DNA of 64,000 bases from Candidatus Cloacimonadales bacterium (GTDB lineage Bacteria; Cloacimonadota; Cloacimonadia; Cloacimonadales; JAIOQZ01): assembly GCA_963665815.1 (NCBI GenBank), contig OY762463.1, positions 352,001 to 416,000 on the forward strand, in the 5' to 3' direction. The notes beneath the pieces are model-generated. The model had not been told where the DNA came from. It made no database searches and saw only the letters and a list, made by a program, of their open reading frames with translations. Numbering within the stretch: position 1 is the first letter of the stretch; each line of letters opens with the position of its first letter. This document shows, one piece after another, positions 49,314-59,534 of this stretch. A program made the translations under genes and the position numbers.

Positions 49314-49449
49314 AGTGTTTGCTCCCTTGTAAGATTGCATCAAGTTTCATGATAATTTCAAGATTATTCTTAAAAAGAAATTACTGATCAGAACTTAAAT
49401 ATATTTGTAATCAATTAAGAGTCAAGGAAATTATATTGCTGCTACCACA

Positions 49450-50352
49450 CTACCCTATCCTGCTGCGGAACCACTCCATTTTGAATTTTAGCTGACTGAA
49501 GAAAAGCCCAAAAATAACGACACCCATTCCAGCTACTTTTTGCAATGTAAATAGTTCATCAAAAAAGAAGTAGGATATTACTCCTGTAAAAACAGGGATA
49601 AGGTTAGAGATTAGTCCTGTCATGTTAATCCCCAGATCACGGATAGAGATTGCCAGAAAGATATATGCTACACCGGAAGCCATCACACCCAGACCTAGTA
49701 GAGAAAACGTCTGATACATTGTGTAACCACTCATTATCGGATGTCCCCAGTGGAATGTCAGAAGCAAAGGCAAAAATAAAAGTGTACTGATTGAATTCTG
49801 GTAAGCTACAAGAGTGATGCTCGAGTACTTCGTAACCAGGTGTTTTGTAACAATGGAATAACCTACTGCTGCAAAGATTGCCAGTGTCATGAATGCGATG
49901 CCTTTGAGGGTTGCTCCTCCTTCAAAATTAGAGGTTACAATCATTAAGATACCGCCAAAGGAGACAATCAGACTGATGATCTCACGCAGGGTTACTTTTT
50001 CCTTAAGAAGAAGCCATGTAAATATAGGATTGAACAGTGGAATAGTTGCAATGAGCACAGCTGCAAGAGAAGCCGATATGAGTCTTAGTCCAAAGCTTTC
50101 ACCTATGAAATATAAGAAGGGTTCGAAGAATGCTGCAAGGAAAATAAAAAATCTGTCTTTCTTCTCAATTCGCATTGATCTCTTAGATATAAGTATAATC
50201 AGGAAAAGAAATACTGTTGATATACTCAGACGTTGGAACAGAATAACAATTGGTGGATTGCTGTCCAAAAGGCTTTTTAATACAACAAAGCTGGAACCCC
50301 AGATCGTCATTGCTATTATAGAAATCAGAAAAGCAAATTTGTTACTCTTCAT
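49450..50352 (-). CDS. DMT/EamA family transporter
   Basis: 'IWG.SF', ~10 TM segments, 'L.E' and 'NLIPV...F..E' EamA repeats. Confidence 0.9.
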   Translation of the reverse strand: MKSNKFAFLISIIAMTIWGSSFVVLKSLLDSNPPIVILFQRLSISTVFLFLIILISKRSMRIEKKDRFFIFLAAFFEPFLYFIGESFGLRLISASLAAVLIATIPLFNPIFTWLLLKEKVTLREIISLIVSFGGILMIVTSNFEGGATLKGIAFMTLAIFAAVGYSIVTKHLVTKYSSITLVAYQNSISTLLFLPLLLTFHWGHPIMSGYTMYQTFSLLGLGVMASGVAYIFLAISIRDLGINMTGLISNLIPVFTGVISYFFFDELFTLQKVAGMGVVIFGLFFSQLKFKMEWFRSRIG

Positions 50353-51683
50353 TTCATTGTTCCCATAATGTATTTTTTTACCAGTTTATGCAGCAGTTCT
50401 TCTCTCACATCAAGTACCTGATAAGATCTTTTATAATTAATAGCAATACTGAATAAGTACTCTTTATCATTGTGAATAATCATACCGGAAAGAGCAGTTT
50501 TCCCGTCAAGATAACCTGTTTTCGCTCTAATCTGCACACCATCCAACTTTTCCTTTTCACTTAATGTGCCTTCACTTCCATGAATTGGTAGAGTTGAGAA
50601 AATGTCCCATTTTAACTCTGGTTTTCTGTAGCAGTATTTCAGTAGTTTTAGAATATCCATTGTACTTAACAGATTACTGTCGTGGTACAAGCCGGATGCA
50701 TTTGCTATCTTTGCATTATGTATGTGCAGGCTGTCTGTAAGCCATGATTCCGGAACATGAGTCATGTTTATCGAATCAGCTGTTTCTGTATGTCTCAGGA
50801 GAGTCTCAGCTATAAAGTTAGAGGAATAGATATTCATCATCTTGACCATGCTTCTCAGGTTCTGTTTGGAAATATGTGTATAGGTTGGATCATCAAAACA
50901 ATCGATACTGTCTGCGTATGAAACGATCTTCAAATCAGCATCAATGTTCAGTTTAGCTGTTAAGGCAGCGTGAAAATATCTGACAGGCTCGTAGACTTTG
51001 CGGTAATAGACCGGATGAAAACTGATGTCCTTTCCTATTGTCCCGGTAAGAATAATCTCCTGCTGAGTTCCTGTATTATTGAACTCTACTTCCAGCCTTT
51101 TTCTTTTTCCATCAATCGTTTTAGCCTTATTATTGATCTTGAAATAACTGATTCCGTCAAAGACTATTATCTCCGGTTTTTCGTTAAGCTCTCCCGGAAT
51201 AACAGTAAACTTGAATGTGTTATAGTTGAATGATAAAGGACAGAACGATGCCTGATAAGATTTCATTGGTTCTTTGTGAATGAGTAGAGAGTCGTATTTA
51301 GCAGGTATATAATAACAGACAGTATCGACTTTTGTCAGATCATGTTGTTTGAGTATATATGCGATCTTCAGCAGGTTATCAGATACTAAAGATGGATCCA
51401 TGCCTGAAACAACACAAAGCTTATTTTCCTGCAGGAAGAACCAGGTCTTGAATTCGGTACCCGGGTCAAGATTCTCAAGCACATAGGCACTGGTAAATAA
51501 TTTAACATTGGAAGCAACATTGAATTTTTTATCAGTGTTATGCTCAACAACCAGAGTATCGCTCGCAATGTCGTAAAGGATGTAGCTGTAATCGTCCGGC
51601 TGAATATCTATTGTATAGGCATTAAGGCAGAAAAGCTGTATTGCTGTGAATGTGAGTAAGAACAGTATTAAGTATTTTCTCAT
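50349..51683 (-). CDS. dacB: D-alanyl-D-alanine carboxypeptidase/endopeptidase (peptidase S13, PBP4)
   Basis: SxxK 'ASNVK', 'DPSL', SxN 'SSN', 'KTG'; signal peptide. Confidence 0.85.
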   Translation of the reverse strand: MRKYLILFLLTFTAIQLFCLNAYTIDIQPDDYSYILYDIASDTLVVEHNTDKKFNVASNVKLFTSAYVLENLDPGTEFKTWFFLQENKLCVVSGMDPSLVSDNLLKIAYILKQHDLTKVDTVCYYIPAKYDSLLIHKEPMKSYQASFCPLSFNYNTFKFTVIPGELNEKPEIIVFDGISYFKINNKAKTIDGKRKRLEVEFNNTGTQQEIILTGTIGKDISFHPVYYRKVYEPVRYFHAALTAKLNIDADLKIVSYADSIDCFDDPTYTHISKQNLRSMVKMMNIYSSNFIAETLLRHTETADSINMTHVPESWLTDSLHIHNAKIANASGLYHDSNLLSTMDILKLLKYCYRKPELKWDIFSTLPIHGSEGTLSEKEKLDGVQIRAKTGYLDGKTALSGMIIHNDKEYLFSIAINYKRSYQVLDVREELLHKLVKKYIMGTMK

Positions 51684-51753
51684 AGTGTGAGTTCCTGATA
51701 AATTAAATCTCTGTTTATTATATGGCAGTTTGTCGAGATCTCGAGTCTGCTCA

Positions 51754-51930
51754 CAGTGTTTAAAAAACGTAAGTTATTTCAAAGTTTATAGTAATTTATG
51801 TCGTAGATTTCGACTCCGCTCAATCAACTTAATATACTGATAAAGAAACATTTGAAAGCTCCCTGAGCGGAGTCGAAGGGATATGCTTTTAACCAAAAGA
51901 ACGACAAAAATTACATATTTATACACACTG
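51754..51930 (+). mobile_element. MITE-like hairpin element, copy 2 (~177 bp)
   Basis: CAGTGTTTAAAA...TTTATACACACTG termini flanked by TCA/TCA; internal perfect 14-bp IR TTCGACTCCGCTCA/TGAGCGGAGTCGAA. Confidence 0.82.
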
Positions 51931-52002
51931 TCAATGCATTCGAAACAACATCAATAATACTGTTTTGTATCAATTAAAAAACAAAGAACCTTATAAAAAA
52001 TC

Positions 52003-52026
52003 AAAGCCCCGAATTAACGGGGCTTT
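52003..52026 (-). terminator. Intrinsic terminator after M3 peptidase
   Basis: AAAGCCCCG-N6-CGGGGCTTT with T-rich tail on the minus strand. Confidence 0.75.
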
Positions 52027-52036
52027 AAAAGTAAGT

Positions 52037-54082
52037 TTATATCAAACCATCCCGTTTCAGGAGAGAATCAACCTCAGGTTCATGCCCTCTGAACGCTTTA
52101 TAGAGTTCCATAGGATGTTTTGAGTCACCTTTTTCAAGGATTTCAGTTCTGAATTTAGCTGCAGTTTCTTTGTTGAAGATTCCTGTGTCTTTAAAATACT
52201 GGAATGCGTCAGCTTCGAGAACTTCAGCCCATTTATATGAATAATAACCTGCAGAGTATCCACCGGCAAAGATATGTGCAAATGCACATGACATGTTAGA
52301 TTCGTCTGAAGCAGGGAAGAGGGATGTACGAGCAAGCAGTTTGTCTTCGTATTCTTTCACATCTTTAACTTCGGAAGTATCTTTATAGTGCCAACCCATA
52401 TCAAGGTCACCAAAAGCAACCTGTCTTATATTCATATAACCTTTATTATATGTTTCTGATGCCTGAACTTTCTTGATCAGTTCTTCAGGGATTCTTTCAC
52501 CTGTTTCGTGATGTACTGCAAACATATCCAGAGCTTCTTTTTCTTTGATCCAGTTTTCCATAATTTGAGATGGAAGTTCAACAAAGTCCCAGAGTACGTT
52601 AGGGCTTGCCACTGCTTTATATTTACAATTGGAAAGCAAACCGTGAAGTGCGTGACCGAACTCATGGAAGAGTGTTCTTAACTCACCATAAGAAAGCAGA
52701 GCAGGTCTGTCGCCTGTAGGAGGTGTAAGGTTAGCAACTATTGCTACGTGAGGACGTTTGATAACGCCGTCGCTTAAACCCTGATCTCTGAATGTAGTCA
52801 TCCAGGCTCCACCGCGTTTGGTAGCTCTTGGGAAAAGGTCGAGATAAAGAATACCAATATCTTTTCCTTCTTCATCTGTTACATCGAAAACTCTTACATC
52901 TTCATGGTAAACAGGGATATCATGTAATTCTTTATATTTAAGCCCGTAAAGCTTTGAGGATACATCAAATACACCTTGAATACAATTATCTGCTTTAAGG
53001 TATGGTCTTAATTCTTCTGAATCAAAATCGAATTTCTTTTTCTTAAGGATTTCGCTGTAATAGCCAAAGTCCCATGTCTCAAGTTCTTCGATTCCGTCCA
53101 TTTCTTTGGCGAGATCTTTAATTTCCTGAAGTTCTTCTTTTGCTTTAGGGTAAGCAACTTCATAAATTCTGTTGAGGAAATTAATTACGTTTTCAGGTGA
53201 TTCTGCCATTCTTTCGGTAATAACATAGTCTGCATGTGTATTGTATCCGAGAAGTTTAGCTCTTTGTGTTCTCAGTTCAACAGTTCTGAGTACAGTTGCC
53301 TGATTGTCAAACTCATCTCTGAATGCTCTTTTTTTGAATGCACTGGAGATTTGCTGTCTTAGCTCACGTTTCTTTGCATAAGTAGAAACAGGCAGCATGC
53401 TTGGGAATTGCAGTGTGAATACCCAGCCGTCTTTTCCTCTCTGCTCAGCAGTATGCTTTGCAGCCATCTTAGCATTTTCAGGGATTCCCTCAAGGTCTGC
53501 TTCGTCTGTGATGTGCATTTCGTATGCATTTGTAGAGTTAAGCAGGTTCTGATTAAAGGTAGGACTTAATCTGGAAAGCTCCTGATCTATTGCTTTGAGC
53601 TTTTCTTTGTCTTCATCTGACAGTAAAGCTCCGTTTCTTGTAAATCCTTTATAGCTGTTTTTTACGATTCTCATTTCTTCTTCGGAAAGATTGAGAGAAT
53701 CTCTTTTGTCATAAACAGCTTTTACTTTTTCAAATAATACAGGATCAGTAGAAATACTGCTACTGAATGCAGCGATTTTGGGGGAGATTTCCTGGGCAAG
53801 CGCTTTGAATTCGTTATCAGATTCAGCACCAAGTAAGTTGAAAAATACTGTTGTAGCTTTGTCAAGAGCCGGGGAGCAGTTGCTTAAAGCAAAGATTGTG
53901 TTTTCGAATGTCGGTTCTTCCGTATTTGCTTTAATTGCTTCAAGATTGTTTTTAGCCTCTTCAAGACCAAAGTCTACTGCAGGGATGTAATGTTCCTTTT
54001 TGAAAAGATTAAAGGGAATTGCTTCGTACTTTCCAACCCTTTCTGCGAACAGAAGTGGATTTTTTTGAATATCACTCATCAT
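52037..54082 (-). CDS. M3 family metallopeptidase (peptidyl-dipeptidase Dcp/oligopeptidase A)
   Basis: 'NPLL', 'KRGGAW', 'FHEFGHALH', 'DFVELPSQ', 'GGYSAGYYSYKWAEV'. Confidence 0.95.
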   Translation of the reverse strand: MMSDIQKNPLLFAERVGKYEAIPFNLFKKEHYIPAVDFGLEEAKNNLEAIKANTEEPTFENTIFALSNCSPALDKATTVFFNLLGAESDNEFKALAQEISPKIAAFSSSISTDPVLFEKVKAVYDKRDSLNLSEEEMRIVKNSYKGFTRNGALLSDEDKEKLKAIDQELSRLSPTFNQNLLNSTNAYEMHITDEADLEGIPENAKMAAKHTAEQRGKDGWVFTLQFPSMLPVSTYAKKRELRQQISSAFKKRAFRDEFDNQATVLRTVELRTQRAKLLGYNTHADYVITERMAESPENVINFLNRIYEVAYPKAKEELQEIKDLAKEMDGIEELETWDFGYYSEILKKKKFDFDSEELRPYLKADNCIQGVFDVSSKLYGLKYKELHDIPVYHEDVRVFDVTDEEGKDIGILYLDLFPRATKRGGAWMTTFRDQGLSDGVIKRPHVAIVANLTPPTGDRPALLSYGELRTLFHEFGHALHGLLSNCKYKAVASPNVLWDFVELPSQIMENWIKEKEALDMFAVHHETGERIPEELIKKVQASETYNKGYMNIRQVAFGDLDMGWHYKDTSEVKDVKEYEDKLLARTSLFPASDESNMSCAFAHIFAGGYSAGYYSYKWAEVLEADAFQYFKDTGIFNKETAAKFRTEILEKGDSKHPMELYKAFRGHEPEVDSLLKRDGLI

Positions 54083-54209
54083 ATTCTCCTTGTTAGATTG
54101 ACTTAAGTGAATCCTCCCTCGATCACTTTAGTTTGAAACCAATAAAAAAAATGGACAAAATTATGCAATCAATTTCTTGTTAATTTAAAATCATTACAGG
54201 ACGGACACA

Positions 54210-54782
54210 ATGAGCAGAAAACATTCTGTTGTTTTAATTTTATTGATAATATCAATTACTCTCGGTGCTGTGGACACATATATACAGGAAGTCTACAGAA
54301 AAATGTACCTTAGCGACTATACGGGAGCGCTGGAACAGGTGGAAAAAGCACTGAAAAAAGAACCCCTTAATATAGAAGTTCTGGAGCTGAAGGCCTATGT
54401 TTTTTTCCAGATGGAAAAGTACGACAAAGCCCTTATCTGGATTGAACAGGCAATAGCTCAGGATTCCACTAAAATCTCTGCTGCCATGCTTAAAGGCTCG
54501 ATATACGATCTGCAGAACAAGAACAAGAAGGCTATAGCTGTCTACGATAAAATCCTTGCTATAAACTTTGACAATGATACAGTCTGGGAAATGAAAGCTG
54601 TTTCTCTGGAAGGCATGGAAAAATACGAGGATGCTATTAAGAGCATTGACAAGGCGATCCAGTTCAATCCGGAAAAACCGGAATACCTGTACACTAAAGC
54701 CCGAATCCTGGAGAAAACCGGTAAAAAAGCCGAAGCCAGAAAACTACGCGAGGAAGCTAAGAAGATTGAGATAAGGATGTAA
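54210..54782 (+). CDS. Secreted TPR-repeat protein
   Basis: Signal peptide and ~4 TPR repeats. Confidence 0.8.
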   Translation: MSRKHSVVLILLIISITLGAVDTYIQEVYRKMYLSDYTGALEQVEKALKKEPLNIEVLELKAYVFFQMEKYDKALIWIEQAIAQDSTKISAAMLKGSIYDLQNKNKKAIAVYDKILAINFDNDTVWEMKAVSLEGMEKYEDAIKSIDKAIQFNPEKPEYLYTKARILEKTGKKAEARKLREEAKKIEIRM

Positions 54783-54805
54783 AAATTGATTTTAGGAGAT
54801 TTTTT

Positions 54806-56218
54806 ATGGGTAGAGTGATACTGATTGTTTTAACACTTGTGATAGCTGTATTATGTTTTGGTGGTTTTGAAATTGACTCGCTATATAATATAAATCCTGA
54901 AGTGAAGAAATTTATTGATGTTAACGGGATTCTCGCAAAGAAAATTGGAATAACAAGCGATAATAGCATTGTGATTTTTGGAGATTACAAAAGCTACAAT
55001 GACTCTCCTTGCTATATTGACAAATATAAATGTATTTCTACTAATAAAAACGGTTGCTTTATTGCAAAATATGATAGTCTAATGATTTTACAATGGGTTA
55101 AAGATATCAATATTACTCAAATAACATCTCTTATAGGCAATACGAGATTCGGTAGTGTCTCAGCTGTCGATCTTGAAATTGATAGTAAAGATAACATTGT
55201 TGTTTCAGGAACTTTCTCTGGTAATCTGAACATTGATAATGAGTTAGTTCTGAAATCTTCGAGATGGCAGACTTCATTGAAATCGTATATCATTAAAATC
55301 TCAAATCATAGTGAAATTTTGTGGTCAAAGAAACTTAAGTACAACTTATCATGCAAGATCAAAAATATATGTCTTGATAGTTCAGATAATATATATATGA
55401 CTGGAAGTTACGTAAAAGAATTTTTTAACTTCTCATTTGGTAAATCGTTTTTAGATAGTTTTTTTAATGATAATTTATTTATTGGCAAAATATCTGCTAA
55501 TGGAAGAAGAAAATGGTTCAGAAAATTTAAATCTGAAAAGCAGAATTCTGGAACAGATTTGTGTTATCTTAATGGTAATTTATATGTAATTGGTTATTAT
55601 GAGAAAGACTTGCAATTTAGCAAAGGGAAAATCTTAAAAATTGATTCTGAAGTTCAACAACATTGTGATGTATTTATTGCTAAGCTTTCAGCTTTAAATG
55701 GTGAAAAGAAAGACATCAGAAAAACAAGTTACAGACTATTCTTCAGTAAATCAAACCCAACCGTGCAAACAAGTTCAGATTTCTACACATTCAATATTGA
55801 CTTGAAAATATTCCCGGATGGAGACAATCTATATGTTACAGGATTCAAAGACATTTACACTTATCTTTTAATTTTGACATCTGATCCTGTTTGCATGATT
55901 TATCCTGAGCAAATACTGACAAAAGTAAGTGAGAAACTTGAGATCAAAGATTATGAACTTCAATTGAAAAAACTTCAAAACTTCTCATATCAGGAAGGAG
56001 ACACTATCTTTACCTCATATCTGTATAGACATATGCATGGAATTATAAAGAATAATGAACTGTATTCTGAGAAATACACAAAAGAGATTACATTTCTTGA
56101 TAGCACAATTTCAGGAAACTACTACTACTTACTAACATCAGAAATTTCGAGTAATACTGGGATGAAGAGTAATTTAGTTCTTAAGAAATACAATCTGAAT
56201 CGACCAAGCAGGATATAA
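54806..56218 (+). CDS. Hypothetical secreted protein, probable beta-propeller repeats
   Basis: Signal peptide; repeats 'DS.DNI...G..', 'FI.K.....W.K'. Confidence 0.6.
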   Translation: MGRVILIVLTLVIAVLCFGGFEIDSLYNINPEVKKFIDVNGILAKKIGITSDNSIVIFGDYKSYNDSPCYIDKYKCISTNKNGCFIAKYDSLMILQWVKDINITQITSLIGNTRFGSVSAVDLEIDSKDNIVVSGTFSGNLNIDNELVLKSSRWQTSLKSYIIKISNHSEILWSKKLKYNLSCKIKNICLDSSDNIYMTGSYVKEFFNFSFGKSFLDSFFNDNLFIGKISANGRRKWFRKFKSEKQNSGTDLCYLNGNLYVIGYYEKDLQFSKGKILKIDSEVQQHCDVFIAKLSALNGEKKDIRKTSYRLFFSKSNPTVQTSSDFYTFNIDLKIFPDGDNLYVTGFKDIYTYLLILTSDPVCMIYPEQILTKVSEKLEIKDYELQLKKLQNFSYQEGDTIFTSYLYRHMHGIIKNNELYSEKYTKEITFLDSTISGNYYYLLTSEISSNTGMKSNLVLKKYNLNRPSRI

Positions 56219-56220
56219 TT

Positions 56221-56964
56221 ATGCATAAAATTGCCCCCCAAAAGCTACTAACCTCCATGGCAGCCACAGAGTACACCATTTTCTATCATCCGGAGTACAC
56301 TGTAGACACAGAATACGGCAGGTTTGAGCATATTCCTCAGTTCCGGGAAAGACACGATGCACACCAGATTTTCAATTGCAACCTTAAAGGTCGAGATATT
56401 AGTGACTTCATCAATTATGCTGAGAAGCTGTTTAAAGAAAATGAATTGGATTACATTAAATTTACAGGGCATTGTCAGGAAACATATCAGAGACTGGTTG
56501 ATGCGGGATATAATCCTGAACGCGAATGGATGATGCTCAAGAAGAATCCCTCTTCCAAATCGGATAATCCTGATGTAACAGTTGAAATCGTAGAGCCTAA
56601 TTCCAAACGGGAGCAAGAATTAGACAAAGATTGTCCTGAACTCAGGAGATGCGATTACTATAAAAACGCTGACTCCCATCTCGAGGGTAAACTGGTGTAT
56701 GCATTCCTTAATAACAAGTTAGCCGGATCAACAGGCTGGTACTTTGCAGGTGATTTTGCCAGATTCCGTTTTGTGCAGACCTTACCTGAATTCCGCAGAC
56801 AGGGCGTTGCTACAACAATGATTCATCATGTACAGAACCATAGAGATATACTAGCTAAAAAGGGCCTGGTAATATTCTGTGACGATGAAAACACAATAAG
56901 GCTATATGAAAGTCTGGGATTCAAAAAGCAGGGATTTGTCTGGTCAGTGAGGAGGGAGATGTGA
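56221..56964 (+). CDS. GNAT-family N-acetyltransferase (C-terminal GNAT)
   Basis: 'V.T.PEFRRQGVAT', 'LYESLGF'. Confidence 0.85.
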   Translation: MHKIAPQKLLTSMAATEYTIFYHPEYTVDTEYGRFEHIPQFRERHDAHQIFNCNLKGRDISDFINYAEKLFKENELDYIKFTGHCQETYQRLVDAGYNPEREWMMLKKNPSSKSDNPDVTVEIVEPNSKREQELDKDCPELRRCDYYKNADSHLEGKLVYAFLNNKLAGSTGWYFAGDFARFRFVQTLPEFRRQGVATTMIHHVQNHRDILAKKGLVIFCDDENTIRLYESLGFKKQGFVWSVRREM

Positions 56965-59348
56965 AAAGAATCAACTATTACGGTATACTAATATTTTTGT
57001 TATACTGTACATATTGTTTTAGCACTGCTGTAAGTATATCTAGATTTCCTAGCAAAGGTCCAACAGAAATGAGTAGATATTCACACGATTTTTTTGATAT
57101 AGAGGGTGCAGAAAAAATTACTGAAATATACAAAGGTACTCTTTGGGACGATCTTGACACATTATCTGTTACTGAATGCGTAAATTTAGAATATTTTGAT
57201 GTATCAGGTACAAGGATAAATTGCATTAATGGTATTGATACTTGTATAAAGTTGGAAAAACTATTTATTGATTACTCAAACATTAAGGATTTTTCATTTA
57301 TTGGAAAGTTGGAGAACCTTACTCATCTTTCTATCGCAAGCAATAATCTATCTGATGTCTCATTTCTGAAAAATCTTAAAAAACTGGAATATCTTGATAT
57401 AAGCGCAAATAATATTTCTGATATCAGTGTTTTAGCTGATTTACACAATCTTAAGTCACTGTATTTTGCAGGAAACAATATTGATGATATATCAATAATT
57501 TCATCTCTGAAACAACTTGAAGTTCTTGATCTTAATTACAATAACATCAGAATGCTTGATTTTCGCTCAAGTTTCCCAAACCTGAAGTATTTTACTGCTG
57601 CTGAGAATGCAATTGATAGTGTTCTTAATTCTGAATCTCTGTTAAATCTGGAAGAAATCAATCTACAGCAGAACAGAATAAATGATATATCATTCCTGAG
57701 AAATTCAACAAAACTTAAGAAAATCTGGTTGGACGGAAATAATGTTTCAAATCTTGAGCCATTAAGCAATTTGGCATCGTTGAAACAATTGTGGATAAAT
57801 GAAAATCCCCTGAATGATTCTGATTTAGCAGCTTTACAGAATGTAGGCTGGATATGGTTCAACAACAATCCGATTATAAATCTTGCAGATGATGATCCAA
57901 TTGAATTTGCTGATTCTAATTTTAAGGAGGCGTTAAAGATATATTTTGACATTGGAGATCGGGATATACTTCTGAGAGACTGTAATAAGCTGGAATCTAT
58001 ACATTTAATAGGTTCATTCACCAGTTTTGATGGGATTCAGTACTTCAGGAATTTAAAAGAGGTATGGATTGAGAAGGAGATTTGTAATGTAAATGATATT
58101 ACTGATATTGGTGTAAGTACATTAGAAGGAATGACAATTGATCCTGATAAAAAGACATGTTTCAAAACCTATAAAACGCTGTATTTTAATGAGATACAGT
58201 CAATGACAAATTGTACTAATCTCAGAATATCTGGGTTCAACATAAATTATATTCCTAAGTTGACTAATTTCTGTAAATTAAATTACTTAGTAGTTGATGA
58301 TGCTAAACTCTACCATCATTTGCATTTGGAATGCCCTGATTTGAAAGGTTTACTGCTTCGCTCCAATTACTATAGGGATTTTGATTTTTCTACTATACCT
58401 GAATCTTTAATTAACCTTTATCTTAGAGGAAACAGCTTCAGAGACATAAGCCTGAAAGAAAATGAAGCCTCAAAACTTAAAAGACTGGAATTAGAGGATT
58501 GTGAAATTCAATCATTCTCTTGCAGTTCAGATATGGAACTAAAAGAACTTAATCTGGGATTGAACTACATTTCAAGTTTTGATTGTAGTTTCGGAAAAGA
58601 TCTAGAAGAACTTCTGTTAAATAATAATCAAATTGATAGTGTTCTGCATTTGAATATGTTGGCGAACCTGAAAGTTATTAATCTTTCAAATAATAACTTC
58701 ACATCTTTAAACGGTTTAAATGATTTACTTTCATTGGAAATCATACATGCTGATAATAACAGAATAAAATCTATGAAGGCTTTATCAAATCTCCCTAAAC
58801 TCAGCACTCTGAACTTGAATTATAATGAAATAGAGAAGCTCCCGAATTTTAAAAAGAAAAACATGCTTGCAATAGAGGTTTTAGAAATAAAATCAAATAA
58901 TCTCTCAAAAATAGATAATTTGAAGTTTCTGAATAAACTAAGAGAATTGGATGTAAGTTCAAATAGTATAAAGTCTTTTAGTATTTTGAAAAAACTGAAG
59001 AATATTGAACAGCTATTTATCTCAAGGAATAAAGTGAAAAATATAAATTTTGCTTCTAAGATGAATAATTTACTTGTATTCACTGCTAATGGTAGTAAAA
59101 TCAAGAAAATTCCTAAATTCAAAGGTTTTAATCATGGAGTTCGTTTGTCTTTACGTAACAATGAGATTGAAGATATTAAAAACCTAAATCTTCTTGATGA
59201 AAGTAGTAGTATAGATTTGACTAATAATAAGATACAAAGTCTAGAAGATTTGGAGAAGAAATTTCGTATCCTATGGATTGGAGGTAATCCGTTAAATGAG
59301 GAATCAATTAGAATTGCGGAAGATAGTAACAAGATCAATTTAGATTAA
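56961..59348 (+). CDS. Secreted leucine-rich repeat protein (internalin-like)
   Basis: Many 22-aa 'L..L.L..N.I.D...L' repeats; internal cap 'I.F.D.NF..AL'; signal peptide. Confidence 0.88.
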   Translation: MKRINYYGILIFLLYCTYCFSTAVSISRFPSKGPTEMSRYSHDFFDIEGAEKITEIYKGTLWDDLDTLSVTECVNLEYFDVSGTRINCINGIDTCIKLEKLFIDYSNIKDFSFIGKLENLTHLSIASNNLSDVSFLKNLKKLEYLDISANNISDISVLADLHNLKSLYFAGNNIDDISIISSLKQLEVLDLNYNNIRMLDFRSSFPNLKYFTAAENAIDSVLNSESLLNLEEINLQQNRINDISFLRNSTKLKKIWLDGNNVSNLEPLSNLASLKQLWINENPLNDSDLAALQNVGWIWFNNNPIINLADDDPIEFADSNFKEALKIYFDIGDRDILLRDCNKLESIHLIGSFTSFDGIQYFRNLKEVWIEKEICNVNDITDIGVSTLEGMTIDPDKKTCFKTYKTLYFNEIQSMTNCTNLRISGFNINYIPKLTNFCKLNYLVVDDAKLYHHLHLECPDLKGLLLRSNYYRDFDFSTIPESLINLYLRGNSFRDISLKENEASKLKRLELEDCEIQSFSCSSDMELKELNLGLNYISSFDCSFGKDLEELLLNNNQIDSVLHLNMLANLKVINLSNNNFTSLNGLNDLLSLEIIHADNNRIKSMKALSNLPKLSTLNLNYNEIEKLPNFKKKNMLAIEVLEIKSNNLSKIDNLKFLNKLRELDVSSNSIKSFSILKKLKNIEQLFISRNKVKNINFASKMNNLLVFTANGSKIKKIPKFKGFNHGVRLSLRNNEIEDIKNLNLLDESSSIDLTNNKIQSLEDLEKKFRILWIGGNPLNEESIRIAEDSNKINLD

Positions 59349-59534
59349 CAATAATCCTCAAAAATAGTTTGATACAATGTTTTTTTATGGAAAGTGTGAA
59401 GCAATATTTGATATTATTAAAAGGTGTTGGAATATATATGTATGGATTTAGTGCTCAGGTTTTTCTCGTAACTATACTATTAATATCATGTCATTTAATC
59501 AGTATTGATAATCTTTAATATACAAGCTCTCTGA

